Part shown: in pieces, positions 1 to 6,161 of the stretch | How the letters are laid out: the number at the start of each line of letters is the position of its first letter | Position numbering within the stretch: position 1 is the first letter of the stretch | Assembly (NCBI RefSeq): GCF_000146505.1 | Contig: NC_017448.1 | Coordinates: forward strand, 2,190,001-2,222,000 | Reading direction: 5' to 3' | Length of the DNA stretch: 32,000 nt | Origin: Fibrobacter succinogenes subsp. succinogenes S85 | GTDB lineage: Bacteria > Fibrobacterota > Fibrobacteria > Fibrobacterales > Fibrobacteraceae | Notes under the pieces: generated by a model | The model's input: the letters and a program-made list of their open reading frames with translations, nothing else | Told to the model about the DNA's origin: nothing | Databases searched by the model: none | Translations under genes and position numbers: made by a program

Positions 1-84
1 CGGGAACATGAAAAGCAGAATCACCGTATTGCGGTTATTCCGCCAAATCTGGGTTTGGAGACCGACGTAACGCATAAGCAGTAG
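1..84 (+). CDS. 3' end of an unidentified gene entering from the left edge (partial)
   Basis: Frame 1 is open from base 1 to TAG 82-84 (...NHRIAVIPPNLGLETDVTHKQ*). Too short to name. The stop codon is the first TAG of the heptamer array 82-109. Confidence 0.3.
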   Translation, partial: REHEKQNHRIAVIPPNLGLETDVTHKQ

Positions 85-109
85 GAAGTTAGAAGTAGGA
101 AGTAGACAG
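82..109 (+). repeat. 7-nt periodic TAG-word array (TAGGAAG TTAGAAG TAGGAAG TAGACAG)
   Basis: Read directly. Same word family as 9719-9746. The word GTAGACAGTAGG recurs on the minus strand at 178-189, just after the lemA stop. Confidence 0.85.
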
Positions 110-157
110 AAAAAAATGCGCCGAAAGCGCTAGTTAAACGCGCGACACCAGTCGCGC
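110..157 (-). terminator. Intrinsic terminator region downstream of lemA (two GC hairpins plus U-tract)
   Basis: Hairpins GCGCGAC-ACCA-GTCGCGC (140-157) and GCGC-CGAAA-GCGC (118-130). On the minus strand the second hairpin is followed by T7 (complement of A7 at 110-116). Confidence 0.6.
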
Positions 158-192
158 CATTATATTACTGCTTACGGCCTACTGTCTACTCA

Positions 193-750
193 TTAAAATT
201 TCACCTCAGGAGCCTTTTCAAGCGTTGCCCTATTCTCGGTCGCCTCGTACATGGCAGCACGGGTAAAGTGGAACATGCCAGCAATGATGTTGCTCGGGAA
301 GACTTCGCAAGCGTTGTTGTATTCGCGCGTCGAGGAGTTGAAGAAACGGCGTGCGGCGGCAAGCTTGTTTTCAATGTCCGCAAGTTCCGTCTGCAACTGC
401 AAAAAGTTCTGGTTCGCCTTGAGTTCCGGATAAGCTTCCAGCGAAACGCGAAGCCCGGCGAGCGCACCGGACAAAGCCTTGTCAGCAGCGACCTTTTCAT
501 CGATAGTCGTTGCACTCATAGCGGCAGCACGTGCGGCAGTCACCTTCTCAAGCACGTCCTTTTCGTGCGTGGCATAGCCCTTCACCGTCGAAACAAGCTG
601 CGGCACAAGGTCATAACGCTGCTTGAGCTGCACATCAATATTCGCAAACGCATTCTCGCGATTGTTGCGGAGCTTCACAAGCCCGTTGTACATGGAAATG
701 AACACGGCGATGACGATGAAAATGACTGCGACTACGATAACTACGGTCAT
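193..750 (-). CDS. lemA: LemA family membrane protein
   Basis: ORF 193-834. The likely true start is ATG 748-750 (MTVVIVVAVIFIV...), preceded by GGAG. N-terminal TM helix followed by LemA-type motifs (NGLVKLRN, QLKQRYDLVPQLV, EAYPELKANQNF, RRFFN). Confidence 0.85.
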   Translation of the reverse strand: MTVVIVVAVIFIVIAVFISMYNGLVKLRNNRENAFANIDVQLKQRYDLVPQLVSTVKGYATHEKDVLEKVTAARAAAMSATTIDEKVAADKALSGALAGLRVSLEAYPELKANQNFLQLQTELADIENKLAAARRFFNSSTREYNNACEVFPSNIIAGMFHFTRAAMYEATENRATLEKAPEVKF

Positions 751-928
751 ATAATCTCCTTTCTTCTTGTGGAAATAATATACATAAAAACAAGGAGAAA
801 AAGAAAGCCCACGGAAGATATCCATGGGCTCCAAACGAGTACAACACCTCGCCTATGCACAAACGCATTTCGCAAGCGTCTTTCGCTTTCTTACGCATGA
901 ACAGGAAGCACCCTCCAAAAGGAAAATA

Positions 929-1018
929 ATGTTAAGAGCGTTACTTTTTATTCTTGAGGTTATTACGCTAGCTGTCACCATCTACAAGAAGGCAACCACT
1001 AGAACCAATCACATTTAG
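929..1018 (+). CDS. Candidate small hydrophobic peptide, 29 aa (MLRALLFILEVITLAVTIYKKATTRTNHI)
   Basis: ATG 929-931 is preceded by AAGGAAAATA. The peptide has a single predicted TM helix plus a basic/polar tail. A good intrinsic terminator lies 33 nt downstream. It sits in an otherwise ORF-poor 400-bp gap and is the inner part of track ORF 824-1018. Confidence 0.35.
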   Translation: MLRALLFILEVITLAVTIYKKATTRTNHI

Positions 1019-1050
1019 GCAATAATATGCTTATTGGATCACGCGCGTCA

Positions 1051-1085
1051 GGCTTCCTGCGCATGAACGGGGGCCATTTTTTTTT
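1051..1085 (+). terminator. Intrinsic terminator (GGCUUCC / GGGGGCC stem, 11-nt loop, T9)
   Basis: The 7-bp stem 1051-1057/1069-1075 (two G-U pairs) is followed by A then T9 (1077-1085). Confidence 0.6.
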
Positions 1086-1240
1086 CAAAAAAAAGAATAT
1101 GATTTTTTTTTGGCATTGCAAAACATCTTTCCCCAACAATTCCATCAGCCCTTTTCACAAGCCCTGTTGCAGAGGCTGTTAAATACAAGTTAACTAACAA
1201 ATTATTTCACGAAAGAACTGGAGATCCCAAATACGGCGAT

Positions 1241-1658
1241 GTGATTTTCGTTAATCGCTATATTGCGCTGTACAGACATTTTGGAATCTATATAGGAAAA
1301 AAACAAGGTCATTCATTTCGCCGCACCCAATGGTGATATGGATGCTGAAAAAGCCTACATACACGAAACCACCCTCAGCCACTTTAGCGAAGGGTCTGAT
1401 ATACATATAATGACATTCAACGAAGAATATGAATCTGGAAGCGTATTGAGAAATTTCTTCAAAGGCGACGAATACGAGCTTCAATCTCCACGACAAACCG
1501 TCGCTCGTGCAAGATCAATGCTCGGTCGCAAAGGAATAGACAACGCTGGATACAATGTACTCTTCAATAACTGCGAAGATTTTGCAATATGGTGCAAAAC
1601 GAACGTTGCCGAAAGCAAGCAGGTCAACGAACTATTAAATCCGTTCTTCCCATTTTAA
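1241..1658 (+). pseudogene. LRAT / NlpC-P60 papain-fold family gene, frameshifted in an A7 tract
   Basis: The upstream frame reads (G)DVIFVNRYIALYRHFGIYIGKK and then hits a stop. After a +1 shift at A7 (1297-1303) the next frame reads NKVIHFAAPNGDMDAEK...YNVLFNNCEDFAIWC. The catalytic His/His/Cys signature (HFGIY, VIHF, NCEDF) is therefore split across two frames. There is no ATG for the N-terminal part; only GTG 1241 is available. Confidence 0.6.
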
Positions 1659-1732
1659 CCATTACGTACCTCCGCAAAATCACCACAGCATCACTACCAA
1701 CTCCATCTCTCCTCCCCCACGGAGGAGTTTTT

Positions 1733-2011
1733 TTATCTCAACAAATGGTATTCATCTACAAGCGATTGCAAGGCTGTGACTCCTTCTTCCATCTTGATGC
1801 TCTTGATAGCATCAAGCACGAAGTCCATGCCGTATTTGTCAATGTACGAAGCAACTAAAAATTTGAGGTCCTTTTGAACTTCCTCAATGGACGGTGCCAA
1901 AGCACTACTACATGCAGGGCAGTATTTCATGCTTTTTGCAAACGATTCTGAAACAGTGAATTCAGAATTGCATTTTTCACACATCACTACAGTTCTTTTA
2001 ACTTTAGGCAT
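1733..2011 (-). CDS. Small zinc-ribbon protein (CxxC...CxxC), function unknown
   Basis: 92-aa ORF with strong SD (AGGAGAGACAA-ATG). Cysteine pairs occur at CEKC and CPAC near the N-terminus. Confidence 0.6.
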   Translation of the reverse strand: MPKVKRTVVMCEKCNSEFTVSESFAKSMKYCPACSSALAPSIEEVQKDLKFLVASYIDKYGMDFVLDAIKSIKMEEGVTALQSLVDEYHLLR

Positions 2012-2178
2012 TTGTCTCTCCTATTAAATTTTGTGAAAATATAGGCAACACATATAAAGTCTTAAATGTTTAAAATATCCGAGTTCCCAAAACTAGAACT
2101 TCGAAAATTGCGCACACTCTCATAATCTTCATTAAATCACAAATATTTCCATACAGTCATTTCTTGCGCGCCAGCAAA

Positions 2179-2208
2179 TGGAACTTTTATTCCAAATCAA
2201 AAGTTGCA
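2179..2208. promoter_or_regulatory. Inverted repeat TGGAACTTTT-N10-AAAAGTTGCA, candidate operator
   Basis: Lies about 100 nt upstream of the 2310 start. The left arm plus one base (TGGAACTTTTA, 2179-2189) is the exact reverse complement of the 11-mer TAAAAGTTCCA found at 3926-3936 and 4001-4011. Confidence 0.4.
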
Positions 2209-2309
2209 ATAAAAATGGCTTGCTAAAAAATCACTTCGATTGCACTCTTTTTGTTCTTAAATTTGCGGTAAATCAAAAGCAAATTAATTATCAAAAAAAG
2301 GAAAGCATT

Positions 2310-2909
2310 ATGTCCATAATGGTTATGCCCAAGAAGCCCGCCCAGCCGCAAACAAACAGCAATGAAACTCCTAAAAGATCCGCCGCAGAAATGGGGACTT
2401 TCGTCGACACGCGCGATGGTACCGAATACAAGACTTGCAAAATCGGTAAGCAAGTATGGCTCGCCGAAAACCTGAAATTTGAATTGGATTCCGATGACTG
2501 CGTAGCCTATGATGATGACTACCAGTATTTTGACAAATATGGTTATCTGTATAGCGAGAATGGTTTAGAAGAAGCAATTCCCGAGGGATGGCACTTGCCG
2601 ACAAGAAAGGAATGGGAAACGATGATTCGCTTTGCCAAAAAGGATTCCCGCTGCAAGGATGTCCTAAGCGTTATCGCATCGGATGAATGGATCAAGTCAA
2701 GTTCCGACAAGTACGGCTTCTCCATGGTCGCGGGCGGAATGCGCGATTGCGGTGACGACTTTGACTTACTTGACTTTTCAGCTCACTTCTGGTGCGTTGA
2801 AAACGAAAGGCGTTACAGTAGCGTATCTTTCGAAGATGGCGTTGACGAAATCGATGATGAGGAAGTCCCCTGTTACGCTTCCGTCCGATTAATTAAGGAC
2901 GAAGAATAA
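2310..2909 (+). CDS. Fibrobacter succinogenes major paralogous domain (TIGR02145-type) protein
   Basis: Motifs: FVDTRDGTEYKTCKIGKQVWLAENL, GWHLPTRKEWETM, GFSMVAGGMR, FWCVE, ASVRLIKD. Start chosen at ATG 2310 (AAAGGAAAGCATT-ATG) rather than 2178. No signal peptide or lipobox is visible. Confidence 0.8.
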   Translation: MSIMVMPKKPAQPQTNSNETPKRSAAEMGTFVDTRDGTEYKTCKIGKQVWLAENLKFELDSDDCVAYDDDYQYFDKYGYLYSENGLEEAIPEGWHLPTRKEWETMIRFAKKDSRCKDVLSVIASDEWIKSSSDKYGFSMVAGGMRDCGDDFDLLDFSAHFWCVENERRYSSVSFEDGVDEIDDEEVPCYASVRLIKDEE

Positions 2910-2920
2910 GATACAACGAT

Positions 2921-3874
2921 TTATCGTCCGCCATAAACTTTTGCGGCACGCTCAAATTCTTCCTTGAACCAGAGACGGAGTTCTCGCGGTTCTAGGATTT
3001 CTGCTTCATCAAGGAACTGCGGGAAGTAAATTTTCGCGAGCTTCTCGGAGCATTCGAAAGTGTAATCACCGGCACCACGGACTTCTGCACAATCCATTTT
3101 CGCGGGTGTCTTGCCGCAGGCATTATCCATCGCAATGACTTTAGGGCGATTTGTCGTGAGCTTGTTGTATCGTTCTGCACCTTTCTCGGTGAAACGCACT
3201 TTGATATTTTGTCCGTGACAGAGGAACGGGTCAAATTGTTCGCGATAAAGATTTGCCTGGTTCGAGAGGATAAAATTTTCACAATGATAAGCCTTGCTTT
3301 CCAAGTCGGCAGCGACTCCCCTGATATGGCAAAGTCGCAACGAATGGAAACGACTTGGTATGGGCTTATTGGTATCACCATCGCACACAACAACATAGGC
3401 ACGCACTTGCGATGGAGAAAACGCTAAAAAGCAAGGCGAAACATTTTTCACTTCACCACGATAGTTCAGCGTCACATTGACATGCTTTTCAATGGCATTT
3501 AATAGTTTATTCAAATCATCGCGAAAGATAAAACATTCGCGCTTCCCACGCGGGAGATTGATGTAATTTTCAAAATAGTATCGGCAAAGGGCCGCTACCT
3601 TGACGTTACGGGCTTTCCCCAAATTATTTGCATAATTCGCAAAACTTTCGCCGGTCTTGGAAAGTGAAAACTGGAGCGGTGGAATATTTTTGTACAAAGT
3701 ATCATCCATCGCTAGCCGTGCAGTATCCGGCACGGAGAACTCTGCATAGCGTGCAAGAATGCGGTTGCACAAGTCGCCAATTCCCTTGAGCCCGTAATCC
3801 TCAACATCAAGCTCCATCTGGCTACGCAACAAATGCGATGACGCCACCTTAATTTTCTGAGAAACGCTAATCAT
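2921..3874 (-). CDS. WYL-like domain protein with an unrecognised N-terminal domain (putative ligand-sensing regulator)
   Basis: The central segment VTLNYRGEVKNVSPCFLAFSPSQVRAYVVVCDG...SRFHSLRLCHIRGV fits the WYL pattern (xY...v.P..l....aYvv....F.l.RI..v). The C-terminal segment ...AEILEPRELRLWFKEEF resembles a WCX-type extension. No obvious HTH by eye. Confidence 0.5.
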   Translation of the reverse strand: MISVSQKIKVASSHLLRSQMELDVEDYGLKGIGDLCNRILARYAEFSVPDTARLAMDDTLYKNIPPLQFSLSKTGESFANYANNLGKARNVKVAALCRYYFENYINLPRGKRECFIFRDDLNKLLNAIEKHVNVTLNYRGEVKNVSPCFLAFSPSQVRAYVVVCDGDTNKPIPSRFHSLRLCHIRGVAADLESKAYHCENFILSNQANLYREQFDPFLCHGQNIKVRFTEKGAERYNKLTTNRPKVIAMDNACGKTPAKMDCAEVRGAGDYTFECSEKLAKIYFPQFLDEAEILEPRELRLWFKEEFERAAKVYGGR

Positions 3875-3923
3875 ACCTTAAAGATAATTCAATAGCGTTA
3901 CTTTTGTACGTTCACGTGCAAAA

Positions 3924-3936
3924 TTTAAAAGTTCCA
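3924..3936 (+). promoter_or_regulatory. Direct repeat copy 1, TTTAAAAGTTCCA
   Basis: Exact 13-mer repeated at 3999-4011, inside the divergent promoter region between the WYL-like gene and the 4128 gene. CACGTG lies nearby at 3913-3918. Confidence 0.4.
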
Positions 3937-3998
3937 TTTTCCGCGTGCATTATTTGAAAATTCATGCATTTTCAATCAATTTCCGTAAAGCCACGCTT

Positions 3999-4011
3999 TT
4001 TAAAAGTTCCA
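3999..4011 (+). promoter_or_regulatory. Direct repeat copy 2, TTTAAAAGTTCCA
   Basis: Exact copy of 3924-3936, 75 bp away. CACGTG lies nearby at 4045-4050. Confidence 0.4.
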
Positions 4012-4127
4012 GCTTTCAGAACGCAAAAACATTGCCTATTTGAGCACGTGTAAAAATCAGTTAAATTAATCGCAAAAGAGATTGCCACGCCCTTGGCACG
4101 CAATGACAACATCAAAAGGAGGCCAAA

Positions 4128-4466
4128 ATGGCTGCTACAAAATCACAAATCAAAACAATCGAACCGGAAATTGAAAATACCACAGACGAAGAATCCGAAG
4201 AATCCATGGGCATTTTTGAAAACATTTTGGATATTGCGCACGATCTGTTTCCGAAAGCGGTTGAAGATGGCTTGGAACGTGTCGCCAACTACATGGAAGA
4301 AATCGGCCCCTCGTGGGAAGCAGGCTGCGACCGAATTTATAACAAAGTCATGAATTTTCTAGATGGAGCAGAAGAGGCGACCATGAACGCTATCGATAAG
4401 TTGCAACACAGTCCCATCGGCGTCGCCATTGATCAAGTCTACAAGAAAAATCACCGCAACGATTAA
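4128..4466 (+). CDS. Hypothetical acidic protein, 112 aa
   Basis: Strong SD (AAAGGAGGCCAAA-ATG). No recognisable motif. Confidence 0.6.
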   Translation: MAATKSQIKTIEPEIENTTDEESEESMGIFENILDIAHDLFPKAVEDGLERVANYMEEIGPSWEAGCDRIYNKVMNFLDGAEEATMNAIDKLQHSPIGVAIDQVYKKNHRND

Positions 4467-4535
4467 TGGCCCTATGCTACTATACTACGCTAAACAACTA
4501 AAGCAGCTGCTCATCTACATCATCACCGAGTATTT

Positions 4536-5486
4536 TTAGGACTTTCCCTTCTTCTCTTTTTCTTCTTCAGGCATCGGCTTGGTATCTTCGAGCAGGCGGT
4601 CAGCCCATTCGTCCCAGAACTTGCAGCGTTCGCCCTCGAGCTTCATCTTTGCAAATTTTACCGGTTCCGTTTCGACGGCGAGCGTCACCACAGATTCCTT
4701 GTATGCCTGCGGGAGCCCTGCGACATGAGCCATACGCTTCTTGAGTTCCGCGACAGTCGCATCAAGAATATCGACTTCAAAACGGCGCTCAATGTAACGA
4801 CGTGTAATAAACCCAAGCGACATGAAGTAATCGCCTTGATTGCCTTCGGCAAGATAATTCTTGTTGCGCAAATTCTTGAGAGCAAGCACAGCCTCTTCGT
4901 ACGGCGGGAGCTGCGGAGCTTCACCGCGCTTTGCAAATTTCTTGTGCAAGAACCAGCCAAGGAACACGAGCAATGCAACACCAAGTACAGCGAGCAATAC
5001 ATAAAGCCACTGCGGGAGTCTTGGGTCGCTCAGTGGGTCTTCCACTTCGAGGATATCCGCTTCTTCGCCAGTTGTGCGGTTAGAAACCTTGACCGCGACC
5101 GGGTCCGTGTGCGTCTTGACCGTATCGGTTCCGACAACGGCATTCACTTCTTGTGGGGCAATCAAAAAGTCGCCACTTACAAATGTATTGAGCGTTGCAA
5201 GCCAAGTGAACTTCGCAGTACCTTTAGGCATGCCCTCAGTAATTTTCTCGTTCTTCATTTCCTTGACTTCAAAACTACCAAGGTTACCGACAAAACTCGG
5301 CAAATCGACAATCGCATTTTCAGGCGCCGTGACCTGGATTTCGTAATTAAACTTGTCGCCGATAAAGACCTGTGCGTTATCGACATTTGCCTTGACAGTC
5401 AAGTCAAAAGCATTAGCAGAAACAACTAAAAGTAACGCAAGCGAAAAAAAGAATTTGAAACTTTTCAATGAAGTAAAACGAGACAT
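4536..5486 (-). CDS. BatD / DUF4381-like membrane protein
   Basis: Signal peptide (FFFSLALLLVVSANA), a beta-rich ectodomain, one TM helix (WLYVLLAVLGVALLVFLGWFL), then LPPYEEAVLALKNL...FITRRYIERRF, as in DUF4381/Bat-operon proteins. ATG 5484-5486 is preferred over the TTG at 5498. Confidence 0.5.
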   Translation of the reverse strand: MSRFTSLKSFKFFFSLALLLVVSANAFDLTVKANVDNAQVFIGDKFNYEIQVTAPENAIVDLPSFVGNLGSFEVKEMKNEKITEGMPKGTAKFTWLATLNTFVSGDFLIAPQEVNAVVGTDTVKTHTDPVAVKVSNRTTGEEADILEVEDPLSDPRLPQWLYVLLAVLGVALLVFLGWFLHKKFAKRGEAPQLPPYEEAVLALKNLRNKNYLAEGNQGDYFMSLGFITRRYIERRFEVDILDATVAELKKRMAHVAGLPQAYKESVVTLAVETEPVKFAKMKLEGERCKFWDEWADRLLEDTKPMPEEEKEKKGKS

Positions 5487-5538
5487 CTTAAACCTCAAAA
5501 GGGAATATACAAAAAATTGGAGTAGTAAACAAACTGCC

Positions 5539-5573
5539 TACTAACCACCAACCACTAACCACTAATCACCGCC
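5539..5573 (-). repeat. 7-nt periodic array (minus strand: ..TGATTAG TGGTTAG TGGTTGG TGGTTAG TAGG..)
   Basis: Plus strand reads TACTAAC CACCAAC CACTAAC CACTAAT CACCGCC. The array overlaps the stop codon of the M48-like gene (5566-5568). On the minus strand it places stops in all three frames. Confidence 0.8.
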
Positions 5574-6129
5574 CGCCTACTACTTTCTTAAGCATTCTCT
5601 GGCTGCGTAATGCGACGGTCGGATGTTCCCTGTAAATTGATGCAAAAAATTTCGTGTACGGGATTTCGCATTCGGCAAGTTCCTGCATGGCAGCTTTCGC
5701 CTTCTGCTTCCCTACTTCCTTAAACGCATACGCATCCGCTTCGAACTCCTGAGTCCAGCAATACCAATTGAAAAAATAGCGGAACGGAATCGCCACTAAA
5801 TGCAGCCACAAAATCGCTTCGAAAAAGCTTGAATTCCAGCGAGTGACCATCGCCGCCAAGAACCACACGGCCACCATTAAAAATGCAACCTTCATCAAGT
5901 TACGCAAAATTGAATGGCGCAAAACGCGATGGCCCTCTTCGTGTTTTTCCACAAACTGAGTTTTCTGCGGTTCCCTGCGGTTTTCCGGAAGCGGCACAAT
6001 ATCGTTTACCAACGGAATCAACCGCAACACGGCAAACACGCCACCACGCAACTGCGTCAATCTGCGTTCGCGAACTTCAATCGCAACACGCAACGCAATT
6101 TCAAGACAAAGTAAAATATATAACAACAT
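5566..6129 (-). CDS. Small M48/HtpX-like zinc metalloprotease
   Basis: HEEGH (HExxH) is followed by two TM helices, then EFEADAYA and HPTVALR, which is the HtpX-type arrangement. Start is ATG 6127-6129 (a TTG at 6153 is also possible). It lies 9-33 nt downstream of the DUF4954-like gene. Confidence 0.55.
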   Translation of the reverse strand: MLLYILLCLEIALRVAIEVRERRLTQLRGGVFAVLRLIPLVNDIVPLPENRREPQKTQFVEKHEEGHRVLRHSILRNLMKVAFLMVAVWFLAAMVTRWNSSFFEAILWLHLVAIPFRYFFNWYCWTQEFEADAYAFKEVGKQKAKAAMQELAECEIPYTKFFASIYREHPTVALRSQRMLKKVVGGR

Positions 6130-6161
6130 AACAAAAATATTTGCGCAGTTCAATCGGATGC

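Noticed and set aside
751-834. Longer N-termini offered by the ORF track for lemA (to 834), the TIGR02145 gene (from 2178), the DUF4954-like gene (to 8081) and lemA-2 (to 23847)
   Set aside because: In each case an internal ATG with a better SD, and the expected N-terminal TM helix or conserved start, gives the family-typical protein.
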